Assembly (NCBI GenBank): GCA_951406725.2
Contig: OX597834.1
Coordinates: 28,334,001-28,398,000 of the forward strand
DNA: 64,000 bases
Direction: 5' to 3'
DNA from: Octopus vulgaris
Taxonomy: Eukaryota
Position numbers and translations under genes: made by a program. This document shows positions 52,224-64,000 of the stretch, one piece after another. Below the pieces are notes generated by a model. That model saw only the letters and a list, made by a program, of their open reading frames with translations, was not told the DNA's origin and searched no databases. Position 1 is the stretch's first letter, and every line of letters begins with the position of its first letter.

Positions 52224-52421
52224 AGGGTTTAGGATTAGAGGTTAAAGTTTAGGGTTGGGGGTTACGGTTATAGTCAGGTGTTGGGTTTAGGGTTCCGATT
52301 TAAGGTTGGTATGTAGAGTTAGGGTTAGAGTTTAGGAATAAGGTTCGTGGTTAAGGTTCTGGGTTTAGGGTTGGGGGTTAGGGTTTAGAGTTCAAGGTTA
52401 TGGGTTAGGTCTAGGGTTCAG
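52224..52421 (+). repeat. Degenerate telomere-like (TTAGGG) array, possibly inside a MITE (52192-52452)
   Basis: Degenerate hexamers flanked by imperfect inverted ends GGTCTCAG.. / ..TTGAGATCC. Confidence 0.7.
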
Positions 52422-52549
52422 GATGAAGGCGCAGGTACGAAAATTGAGATCCTTTGCAAAAGCTGTTTGAGTGCGTAGAAGAATTTCATTGTCATAGAGT
52501 TGTTTTCTTTCGTTCATTTCAGTGTAGAAAATTTGAACAGACCATTAAT

Positions 52550-52781
52550 TATTTCTTTACTATCCACAAGGGGCTAAATACAGAATGGACAAACAAGGAC
52601 AGACAAACGGATTAAGTCGATTACAGCGACCCCAGTGCGTAACTGGTACTTAATTTATCGACCCCGAAAGGATGAAAGCCAAAGTCGACCTCGGCAGAAT
52701 TTGAACTCAGAACGTAACGGCAGACGAAATACGGCTACGCATTTCGCCCGGCGTGCTAACGTTTCTGCCAGCTCGCCGCCC
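52550..52781 (-). mobile_element. SINE family B, full length with 18-bp TSD
   Basis: TTTGAACA(G/A)ACCATTAAT at 52532-52549 and 52782-52799. Confidence 0.92.
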
Positions 52782-52955
52782 TTTGAACAAACCATTAATA
52801 TCACACACACGCACGCGCACGCGCGCAATGTGTATGTGTCGTCTGTCGTCTCCTGCGCCATATTGTCACTGCGAATAATTCAAATAACATACGTAATAAC
52901 TTGTCGTCTGGAACGAAGGGAGGAAAGAAGGAAGCTACGTTTGATTTAAGTTTAA

Positions 52956-53507
52956 TCTTTATATATAAAAGTGAAGTTGTGTGTCGGTCTTCTACAATTT
53001 AGATTCCTAACTACTCCCACATTTTGCAGTGCAGTGTAACCAAAAGCGGGTATCTCATAGTCGTGATTCATATAGAGCGCGCGTCTACGATGAGTCTACG
53101 ATTTAAAAAAAAATTTACCATAATTTTTTCCCATTTTTAATGCATTTTTTTGCTATTATATAAGGGAAGTAACTCTCTAAAAATGTATTAAATCTCAGAA
53201 CGGAAAAAGCTACAGTAACACCCCCCTTTGTGGTTAGCCATATTGAGATGGCTATTATACTTTACATCTCTAAAAATGCTTATATAGTTATTTCTTCCCA
53301 TTTTTAATGCATTTTTTTGCTATTATATAAGGGAAGTAACTCTCTAAAAATTTATTATTAAATCTCAGAACGTAAAAAGCTACAGTAACACCCCCACCCC
53401 CCTTTGTGGTTAGCCATATTGAGATGGCTATTATACTTTATATTTCTAAAAATACTTATATAGTTATTTCCCTTACAAGCCCGAGCAACGCCGGGCGATA
53501 CTGCTAG
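52956..53507 (+). mobile_element. Non-autonomous Helitron (25520 family) with ~165-bp internal duplication
   Basis: A|TC start and hairpin-CTAG|T end. Confidence 0.92.
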
Positions 53508-53787
53508 TGCTTTATAAATGTTTGATCATTGATTTAAGTTTAATGCTTTATGAATGTTTGATCGTTAAGCATTATACTTTAATCCAACATACAAGTCTGT
53601 TCTTCTTCCCAGTCGACAGTCGTCTGTTATTTTGATGAATTTGTGTCATTTTTTTTTTTTACTTGTTATTTTGACACTTGGCGGTAAACCACACGTAACT
53701 GACCGACCTACTTAGCCGCCAGAACACACACACACACACACACGCATATATATATATTACAGGCACGTGCACATACACACATATACA

Positions 53788-53834
<47 letters not shown>

Positions 53835-53843
53835 CACACCGAA

Positions 53844-54158
<315 letters not shown>

Positions 54159-54257
54159 ATTGTTGTTTGTGAGGTCCCTTCCAAAGCCTATCGAGTTTGC
54201 AGCCGTTCGCCCCTCTCGATATTGCCAGAGCAATATCGAATTTAGTGAACGAAAGGC

Positions 54258-55030
54258 CGATGTACATCAACACAGCTTTCCGTAATCCAAGCAATAGCGT
54301 TCAGGACCCTGCTGAAGGGAGCCAGCAGAAGAATTTCCAGTCAATTTTCACGTAAAGAGATTTTTGAAGCAGCTGTTCCTTACTACAATAAGGCTCTGTC
54401 TTTAAAGATAAGATTAGTTAGGCGCCGGACTCTAACCCCAGCCAAGAGAAAACGTCACCGGAATGTGTTACGGTTCATACTACCGTTCTCCTTAAGCGTA
54501 AAAACTTGTGTGGTAGGATTTTCCTAAGCTTAATGGATAAACAGGTCCTCCGTACGAATAGGTTCAGTAAAATTTTTAGTAGGTACACCTTAAGAGTTTC
54601 CTTTAATTGTGCACCTAGTGTAAAAAAAGATATTAGTAGGGAACCCAACTTCTGAGAGAGAGAGAGAGAGGCAGGACGTATATGTAGAGGTAGCTCCACA
54701 TGTCCCCTCGATGGCCACTCTAGCATGGAAACAGTCGTGTGAAGTAGAAGTGTCATCAAAAGGCCTAAATGTGGGAGAGAAAGAAGGTCCCATTAGGACA
54801 AGATTCATTAACCATAAGTCCTTTTCCTATATGCCCAGGGAGATGAAATGCTATAACTATGGCAAGGCACGTATCATCGTTAAAGGAAAACATAACATTA
54901 AAAAAGGCTTATTTTAATAACATATGTTTAGAGGAGAAAAGAACCATATTCAAATTACTTACATCTGCCTAAACTTCAGAAGTGAAATCTTTAGCTCTTG
55001 CCCATATAAAAGAAGATATATTTTATCGTA
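54258..55030 (+). pseudogene. Decayed Penelope-like ORF C-terminal half (RT thumb plus GIY-YIG endonuclease)
   Basis: Frameshifted NERPMYIN / RRISSQFSRKEIFEAAVPYYNKAL / KRKRHRNVLRFILPFSLSVKT / FLSLMDK..KIFSRYTLRVSFNC / CRGSSTCPLDG / VGEKEGPIRTRFINHKS / RSEIFSSCPYK. Confidence 0.85.
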
Positions 55031-55535
55031 CGTACGGGTCCCATCATGATTATCACCAGTTCTCTAACTTCGGCTCTTTCACTACCATATCCTAAGAACC
55101 TAGCGAGGAGTTTAAACAAAGCATACACAAGCAAACACGCAGATTCATATACCACCCAAGATGGACTTAGGCGTCCGGGTACCTGCCCGACTCCCCCATT
55201 TCCCCAATCCTACACATTCGAAGCTCTTACATTCCAACATTGCACAAATACCAGCGCCTAACCCCTAAAAAGAAAAAAAATTCTTGTAGAGTTACATCTC
55301 AAGACATTTGGAACCAAGGGAAATAACTCATGATATAAACCCTTGTCCAGTTCGTTTAGTCTTTTTTCATAGCACACAAAAAAAAAAGAATGAAAAAAAG
55401 AGAAAAAAAAAACGGAGCTGCGCTGTGTTTTCATTTCTGTACCTACCAGCTTTCATGAGCAAGCGGTAACACGTTTACGTGTTATCTAACATCCGGTATA
55501 ATATTCAGTGCGAAACCGAATGGTAGGATTGGCTG

Positions 55536-55568
<33 letters not shown>

Positions 55569-55644
55569 TATATATTGTACACTTTGATTAATAATACCCA
55601 CTCTTTTATTGAATATTTTTTTCTGACTTATTCATTCTTAGATG

Positions 55645-55735
<91 letters not shown>

Positions 55736-55868
55736 TGAACCAAGAAAAGTTATGCAAAAGTGCCCAGAGTTTTGACTACACTAAGCTTTTTTTTTCACAA
55801 AAGGCAGACATGAAGAGAAATTGAGACGAAATTGTATAAGAGAAAGGTAGAAAGAGATGGCGAGATAG

Positions 55869-55901
<33 letters not shown>

Positions 55902-56350
55902 TGTATGTATTTGAGAGAGAGAGAGATGTAAAACGTTACTGCACCGTGTTACGTCATCTGGTACACAAAGACATATTAGAAGCGAATGAATGAGACTTCG
56001 TCGGATGCATATGATACAATGACACAAGGTCAACATAGATAGCACAACGCACGTGAATGCTTCAACACAACATCATCACCATCATCATCATCATCATCAC
56101 TCATTCCCTTTTTTTATCGTTACATATGTATGTGTATATTATATACATATGTATATATATATATATGTATGTGTGTGTGTAGATACATTTTTGATTTTGT
56201 ATTCTTTTTATCTATTTCTCTATCTTTCTTTTTAAATTCTTTTTTTTCTTTTCGTTTTTCATTCGTGTATTCATTCATTCAGCCATTCTTGCAGTCTCTC
56301 CTTCTTTCATTGTCTGTACTTTAGTGTGTGTGTGTTCATGTGTACACACC

Positions 56351-56390
<40 letters not shown>

Positions 56391-56419
56391 CACCCACACA
56401 TATACATATAAGAAATTAC

Positions 56420-56466
<47 letters not shown>

Positions 56467-56496
56467 TATATACACACAAATATGCATATATATGCG

Positions 56497-56540
<44 letters not shown>

Positions 56541-56797
56541 CACACACACACACAGAAATGTATATATATATATAATGTAATATATATATATGTGTGTATA
56601 CAATGTGTATGTATATCTTTACATATGTCTGTATATATATATATATATATATATAAACACATACATTTATGATATGAATGTACGTTCGTGTATGTAACCT
56701 TCCTACACGAATACACACACACACACACGTTGTGTATATATTTACAACAGGCCTATCCATATGGTTAAGTACATAGGGTGTGTGCGTATGTATGTAC

Positions 56798-56864
<67 letters not shown>

Positions 56865-57079
56865 AATGTGAGCGCATGTGCGTAACAATGTTTTGCTTTC
56901 TGTTTCGTGTCACGCATCCATCTCGGTTATATCAACAATGGCTCCAATCGTAATGCTGTACTTGCACACAAAGACCTGAAAAGACCACATCAGACAGATG
57001 TATATATATATAACCAGTCAGCCATTGTTATAGAGACCCAGGTCGTAAATACCACAACCAGCGACTTTTCCATTCTTAC

Positions 57080-57114
57080 TCCCTGATAAAGAAAGGGAGC
57101 CATTTGGCGGCCAT
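57080..57114 (-). other. Candidate exon end (AAAATGGCCGCC start/YY1-like motif, GA|GTAAGA donor) with a possible 104-nt intron to 56976
   Basis: Donor at 57079 and a TCTTTTCAG acceptor ending at 56976. Confidence 0.3.
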
Positions 57115-57120
57115 TTTCGT

Positions 57121-57149
57121 TATTATTATTACTATTATTATTATTATTA

Positions 57150-57181
<32 letters not shown>

Positions 57182-57335
57182 GTTATTGTTATTATTATTG
57201 TTATTATTGTTGTTGTTATTATTATTGTTATTATTGTTATTATTATTATTATTGTTATTATTGTTGTTGTTATTATTATTGTTATTATTGTTATTATCAT
57301 TATTATTATTATTATTATTATTATTGTTATTATTG

Positions 57336-57373
<38 letters not shown>

Positions 57374-57398
57374 GTTATTATTATTGTTATTATTGTTG

Positions 57399-57430
<32 letters not shown>

Positions 57431-57511
57431 GTTATTGTTATTATTGTTGTTATTATTATTATTATTATTATTGTTATTATTATTGTTATTATTATTATTG
57501 TTATTATTATT
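57121..57511. repeat. (ATT/GTT)n trinucleotide array
   Basis: ~130 triplets. Confidence 0.95.
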
Positions 57512-57910
57512 GACCTTCTTCCTTTTCTCTTCCTACTTTTTTCTTCTCCCCCTCTTCCACCCTTCATCTCTCATTCCCTTCTTTTTCTTCCTTTTCCCCC
57601 CTCTGTCCGTCCTTCCTCCCTTCCATCCTCTTCTCCTCCTCCTTTTTCTCTTCCTCTCCCTTCTTCTTGTCGCTATTTCTACGTTGTTGGTTTTTCTTGG
57701 CTGTTTCATTCACCAAGTGCACTCCATGAAAATAAAAAAAAAAGTGATCGTTTCAAGTAACAGGGTCGGGTCTTCATGTTGCTTTTGCAACAATTGTTGG
57801 AGATGTTGGTGATGTGGTCGTCGTGTTGATACGTGCGGTGATAATCGCGGGGGCGGTGGATATGAAAACGCAATTGCGTAAAAAAATGTGTATATATATA
57901 TATATATATA

Positions 57911-58216
57911 TCTTTATATATATATAAAAGTGAAGTTGTGTGCTGTCTGTCTCCTACGATTTAGATTCCTAACTACTCCTACATTTTGCGGTGCAGTTTA
58001 GCCAAAAGCGGGTATCTTATAGTCGTGATTCATATCGAGCCCTTCTGGGTATTAGCGCGCGTCTACGATGAGTCTACGATTAAAAAAAAAATTTACCATA
58101 ATTTTTTCCCATTTTTAATGCATTTTTTGGCTATTATATAAGGGAAGTAACTCTCTAAAAATGCTTATATAGTTATTTCCCTTACAAACCCGAGCAACGC
58201 CGGGCGATACTGTTAG
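57911..58216 (+). mobile_element. Non-autonomous Helitron (25520 family), shortest form
   Basis: A|TC start, hairpin, and TTAG|T end (C>T change). Confidence 0.9.
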
Positions 58217-58220
58217 TATA

Positions 58221-58490
58221 TGCCTTGTGAGTGGATTTGGTAGACGGGAACTGAAAGAAGCCTGTCGTATATATATATATATGTATGTGTGTGTCTGTGT
58301 TTGTCCCCCTAGCATTGCTTGACAACTGATGCTGGTGTGTTTACGTCCCCGTCACTTAGCGGTTAGGCAAAAAGGGACCGATAGAATAAGTACTGGGCTT
58401 ACAAGGAATAAGTCCCGGGGTCGATTTGCTCGACTAAAGGCGGTGCTCCAGCATGGCCGCAGTCAAATGACTGAAACAAGTAAAAGAGTA
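58221..58490 (+). mobile_element. SINE family A, 5'-truncated
   Basis: Family consensus match. Confidence 0.85.
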
Positions 58491-58630
58491 TATATATAAA
58501 TATACGTATGTGTGTATGTGATTGTGGGGTATATGTAAAACCAATTTTTTACGAGATAGAGTGTATGTGTGTGCAGTTATTAAGTTATCTACTTCAAAAT
58601 ACTGATCAGAAAAGAACGAATTGTTGCTGT

Positions 58631-58685
<55 letters not shown>

Positions 58686-59529
58686 TTTTATTTTAAGTAC
58701 TAAGAGCAAAGTAGAGACGAGAAAATAACTCCAAAAGTTTGAAAGGTGAGCGAATGAATTGTATGGATCTTGTTGGGAAATGATTCTATGAAGAAGAGAG
58801 AGCAGACCGGTTTAACAAATTCTCCATATTGATGGCGAAATCTATATGAACACCACCGCCATCATCGAAGAGAAGAAGAAGAAGAAGAAGAAGAAGAAGA
58901 AGAAGAAGAAGAAGAAGAAGAAGGAGGAGGAGGTGAAGGAGAGTATGAAGAAGAGAAAAAGAGGAGAGCGATGAAGAAAACAGAACGAGGACAAAGAGAA
59001 AGGGAAACGAAGGAAAAAAAGAGAAGAAAAAGGAAGAATGAATAGGAGGTGAAGGAGAGAAAGAGGACAAGGAGGAGAAAAAGAAGGTAGAAGAAGAAGA
59101 ACAAATAAAAAGGAGGAGGAGGAGGAAGAGGAGGGGAATGACGAAGGAAAAAAGAGAAAGACGACAAGGAGGAGAAAGAAGAACTGAAGCAATGAAGAAA
59201 CATAACGACGACGAAGGAAGAGGAGGTGGAAGAGGAGGGGGAGGATGTGGTGGTGGAGGAGAAGGAGGAGGTGGAGGAGGAGGAGAGGGAAATGGAGGGG
59301 AGAAGAGGACTGCTGCTATTTGTTTTCTGCCAAGAGAGATGCTTAAAGTCATTTTTGTTTCTGATATGGGAAATGTTAAAGGTTGTCTTTCACTGATAAC
59401 AAACAGCTCCAACGTTGTTGATGTTGTTGTTATTGTTGGTGGTGGTGTGTGTGTGTGTGTGTGTTTTCTCTAAGTCAGCCAATATATATAATCTTGGAAC
59501 ATCTTTTTTTTTTTTTTTTCAGCAGTTCA

Positions 59530-59920
59530 GTTCTCTCGTCGCTACTTTGTAAAGTACGGGTAAGGCGTATGTTCCACTGACGATGTCATAATATGATCGA
59601 AACGTATTCAGAGTTGTCCCCCCCGTACTCGACAGGATGCATAGCTCGTAGGTCAGCGAGTCTTTCCATAACTGAGCCGCTGCCTTACTAGATTGAGATG
59701 TATATCTATCACGGCTCTTGTACCACGGCATGTGACGAGAAAATCGTAGGACAGAACCATAAGACGAATGAATTCTTCAAGTCTTTCCAACCGGCTAGAG
59801 ACCTAAGGCTATACGAAGAACGAGACTGTCAGATAATATCCAAAATCTCAGTTGATCAACGCTTGAGAATCCAGGTGGAAAGTTTAATGGCGATTGAATA
59901 TGGTAGAGGTGCTTGAGGGT
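59530..59920 (+). mobile_element. Possible Penelope-like terminal region with hammerhead core (59577-59606)
   Basis: CTGACGA-TG-TCAT-AAT-ATGA-TC-GAAAC-GTA. Stem I is not evident. Confidence 0.35.
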
Positions 59921-60074
59921 TCTTCCCCCTACGACACACCCGGGAATAATGGGCAGAGGAAATCAATGGATGATATCGTTCCTCCATTACTCCTCTACGT
60001 CTTGCCACAAAGGCAGCGAATTGGCAGGGTTGTGAGAGCGTTGGATAAACTGCCTCATAGTATTCACTCTGACT

Positions 60075-60310
60075 ATAGGGTGGCGAGCTGGCAGAATCAT
60101 TAGCACGCCGGGCGAAATGCGTGACCGTATTTCGTCTGCTGTTACGTTCTGAGTTCAAATTCCGCCGAGGTCGACTTTGCCTTTCATCCTTTCGGGGTCG
60201 ATTAAATAAGTACCAGTTACGCACTGGGGTTGATATAATCGACTTAATCCGTTTGTCTGTCGTTGTTTGTCTCCTCTGTGTTTAGCCCCTTGTGGGTAGT
60301 AAAGAAATAA
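60075..60310 (+). mobile_element. SINE family B, full length with 16-bp TSD
   Basis: AGTATTCACTCTGACT at 60059-60074 and 60310-60325. Confidence 0.92.
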
Positions 60311-60964
60311 GTATTCACTCTGACTGTGCACTCTCAGTGAGTTCAAATCCACTCAGGTTAGTTTTTCATTCATTTCGGCAGTCGATTAGAGAAAAAAAGG
60401 TACCAACCCAAGATGATGGATTGATGAAACAATAAGAACATCCAACCGGATGCTTTGTGGTATTTGCTTCGATTATCTGCGTTCTGAGTTCAAATTTAAC
60501 CATGGCCTATCTACATGAACGACAGACTTAATATGTCGCTCGGTTTATCACCACCACCTGATACTTTGGTTGAGTTTCTGATGCAAGCATTGAGGCCAGG
60601 TTTTTGGTTTGGGTAAACTTAGCTCTCTCTCTCTCTCTCTCTCTCTCAAGCCCTGCAAGGAGTCACAGACAGTATAAAGATATAAAAGACCCATTCCCGA
60701 GTCATATAGATTCAAGGGGCCAGTTTCCCTGTTTCCGTGACGGATATGTACGCCTTGGATGGGACGACGCTCGGTCGCTGGATTACTCATTTTTGCCAGC
60801 TGAGTGAACTGGAGCAACCTGATGTTAAGTACTTTGCTCCAGAACACAACATGGCACCCAGTCCAGGAATCGAAACCATACTCATGTCATCACGAGTCCA
60901 ACACACTAACTACTAAACCACACGCCAGCACCACAAGCACTACTGTCTTTTCTCCCGACTAGAA

Positions 60965-61185
60965 CATCATCATCACCGTCGACGTTTAACGTCTGCCTTC
61001 CATGCTACCATGAGTTGGACGATTTGACTGAGGACTGGCGAATCAGATGGCTGCACCAGGCTCCAATCTTGATTTGGCAGTGTTTCTACAGCTGGATGCC
61101 CTTCCTAACGCCAACCACTCCGCAAGTGTAGTGGGTGCTTTTACGTGCCAACGGCACGAGGGCCAGTCAGGCGGTGCTGGCAACG
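60965..61185 (-). mobile_element. RTE-related short element
   Basis: Homologous to 32824-33072. Confidence 0.7.
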
Positions 61186-61804
61186 GTCCCGGAAATCGCG
61201 TTTTTTAAAAAAATATATTGTTTGTTTTTTATTGGTATCATTTTTACTTAACTATTTAGCACCCCCCCCCCTGTATTAAATACATCAAATGCTGACTTAA
61301 AATATTGGTTTTGGTAGAATTATGTTATGATGTAAATGGCGGGATGGTCTGTTATATTGGAGAAGACGAAGACAACAGAGGGAATATAAAACTGGAAGGA
61401 AGAGGAAGCTGAGAGGAAGCTGAGAGAAAGAGAGAGAGGTTATTCGATGGCCTTGCCAATTTGCTTCGTAAAGACTGGCCTATTAATATGTTAAGTTGTG
61501 TTGAGGCGCCTAGAAGGACATGGGTGTCCATGGTTACCGACGCCTGTGGGAATGGCGGATGAAGAAAAACGAAAAGAAAAAAAAAGTGTTTACTAATGGA
61601 AACAGAGAGAGGGAGAGCGAAAGACAGAGAAAGAGAGAGAGATGGTCTTACCAGTTTGCTTAATAAAAACTGGCCTATAAATACGTTGTGTTGGGTGCAT
61701 AGAAGGGCATAGGTGTCCATGACTGCCGACGCCTAAAGGCATGACAAATGAAGAAAGACGAAGAGACAAAGAGCTTACTAATAGAAACACACACACGTAT
61801 AACC

Positions 61805-61836
<32 letters not shown>

Positions 61837-61988
61837 GTGAGAGGGAGAGAGAAAACTGTGTACATCAAGAAGAGTTTCTCCTCTCTGACAAATACCGCAG
61901 CGAATGTCTTTTCACGTCAGAGTGTACAGGAGAAGCGTGTTAAATGTAAAATCATGTACACATGTATTTAAGCACCTTTAAGTAATTG

Positions 61989-62019
<31 letters not shown>

Positions 62020-62081
62020 TGTAGATAGATAGATAGATAGATAGATAGATATATAGATAGATAGATAGAGATGGATGGATG

Positions 62082-62143
<62 letters not shown>

Positions 62144-62592
62144 GATGGATGGATGGATAGATGGATAGACAGACAGACAGACAGATAGATAGATACATAC
62201 ATACACATACAGATATACATACATACATACATACATATATTCATACATGCATACATACATAGTATTGTATGATATAAATTTAGATACTAACGTAATGTTT
62301 CGTATGTTTGTGTGTGTGTATCATATGTCTCTATGAGTAGAGGTGTGTTCATTGTCACGTACAAAATTCAAGTAATCGCTTTCTTTTATAAGGGAGGGGG
62401 GTTATCTTTATCACCACCATCATTTTTGTTCTTTCTTAGCTTGCCTGATAACAATCTCTTAACGAATCAACAACGGTTAAACCCGGATGTAAAACTGTAG
62501 ACTATTTTATACATCTTTAGGTCCATCTGTTTCTTCTTTTCGTGACGTGTCGCACTAAATAACTTTATCTTTAACGTCACTTATACATTAAC

Positions 62593-62658
<66 letters not shown>

Positions 62659-62660
<2 letters not shown>

Positions 62661-62862
62661 CCATGTTGATTCGCTAGCCTCTGCACGCATTTTTTTTCTC
62701 TCCTTGTTTCTTTCTGTGTTTCTTTTCTGTGTATCTTTCTGTTGAAGAGCGCAGGCTCGAAACATAAAAGACTTGTTTTATTTATATTCCTGAGCGCCAT
62801 ACTAATACAATTGTTTGTTTGTACTCCACCTGCCTTCGTCTTTTGTCTATTTTCATAAAGCT
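62659..62862 (+). mobile_element. Penelope-derived short element (hammerhead-like motif at 62734-62771) inside (TA)n
   Basis: TCTTT-CTGTTGA-A-GAGC-GCAG-GCTC-GAAAC-ATA-AAAGA, with TA tracts on both sides. Confidence 0.75.
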
Positions 62863-63380
62863 ATATATATATATATATATATATACCTATGTGTGTGTGT
62901 AACTATTGAAAAGTACGACTTTGGTTGTGACGGTGATATGCCCATGTCTGTAGCTGTGTGCAGTGGCTGTGATAAGAGCGCTGGCGGTCGTGGCTTCGGG
63001 GATAGTGGTAGTGTTGGTTGTAGTTGTGGGTAGCGATGGTGGTTATGATGCACATGTGCCCACAGATGCCTGTGCTGGTAGGTGGTGGGGGTAGTGGTGG
63101 TGACAGGTGGAGTTTGTGGTGATGATAGTGATGGTAGCACTAGTGGTGATGTGGGATGCTGGTCATCGTGGTGGTGGCATTGGTGGTCGTAGTAAAAGGT
63201 GGTAGTAGCATCTCAACTAGTGAAGATGAAACTATTCACAAAGACACCGCTGGTTGTCGTTCGTCATTGCTATTTAGTCGAGGTCATCCTCATCAACCAG
63301 ACCTATGATCAACGGCGTTCTAGCCGTGACCATACTATCTTTTAATTCAAAGTATCTCGGACTATATGATGTGTGTTCTT

Positions 63381-63418
<38 letters not shown>

Positions 63419-63435
63419 GAGATGAGGAGGAGGAG

Positions 63436-63710
63436 ATGCAGGTATGGTTGTGTGGTTAAGATGTTCGCTTTGCAATCACGTGGCTTAGGGTTCAGCTCTA
63501 CTGCGTAGCACCTTGGGCAAGTATCTTCTACAATAGCCCCGTGTCGACCAATGCCCTGTGAATAATTTTGGCAGACGGAAACTGTGTGGAAGCCCGTCGT
63601 ATAAAGAAGAAGAAAATATGAATACTGGTGTCAATTTGTTCGACTCAAAACCTTCAGGACAGTGCCCCAGCATGACCGCAAGCTAATGACAAAGAGGTGA
63701 AAGACAAAAG
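63436..63710 (+). mobile_element. SINE family A, diverged and internally deleted
   Basis: Head, CCTTGGGCAAG core and tail are recognisable. Confidence 0.75.
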
Positions 63711-64000
63711 AATGGGTGTTTTGTTCGTATTAAGTATGTCTTAATATACTGCTTTGTTAAGGTGAAAATGGGAATGATACGAACTACCGAATCCAGGTAA
63801 AAAAAAAGACAGAAAAAAAGTTAGTGGTTTTGTCTGGAGAGGGGGTTTGTCCGGATCCCATAACTTAAATGTGACCTTTTTTCTTGAGCCTTTTTTCCTA
63901 TCCAAAATTGTGACTTTATTACTGTGACTTTACTACCAGTCACCCAGCTACCACCCCTACGATCGAAAGTAGGATGCCCTATCATTTCGGTGATTTGCAA

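Noticed and set aside
57076-57812. 200-aa hydrophobic poly-I/L ORFs
   Set aside because: A trinucleotide array lacking stops by composition.

Overview
Eukaryotic, AT-rich, extremely repeat-dense DNA, most likely from an octopus or other coleoid cephalopod (inferred from the SINE families and microsatellite load). No complete protein-coding gene is present. Almost all ORFs in the supplied track are microsatellite or SINE read-throughs. The window contains dozens of copies of three tRNA-derived SINE families plus an RTE-related short element. It also holds non-autonomous Helitrons, including a precise head-to-tail dimer, and MITEs of piggyBac-, Merlin-, Tc1/mariner- and hAT-type. Decayed RTE, CR1/L2, hAT-Buster and Penelope-like (RT, GIY-YIG) coding remnants are present, as are Penelope-derived short elements carrying minimal hammerhead-ribozyme motifs, several with an unusual CUGUNGA core. 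Other features are a U6 snRNA pseudogene fused to a SINE head, a ~490-bp inverted repeat pair, minisatellites and degenerate telomere-like arrays. A few unique islands look like exons of host genes: two same-phase candidate alternative first exons on the minus strand (20733-20577 and 18819-18786) and a candidate 27-nt plus-strand microexon (43678-43704). All family assignments come from motif recognition by eye, without database searches.
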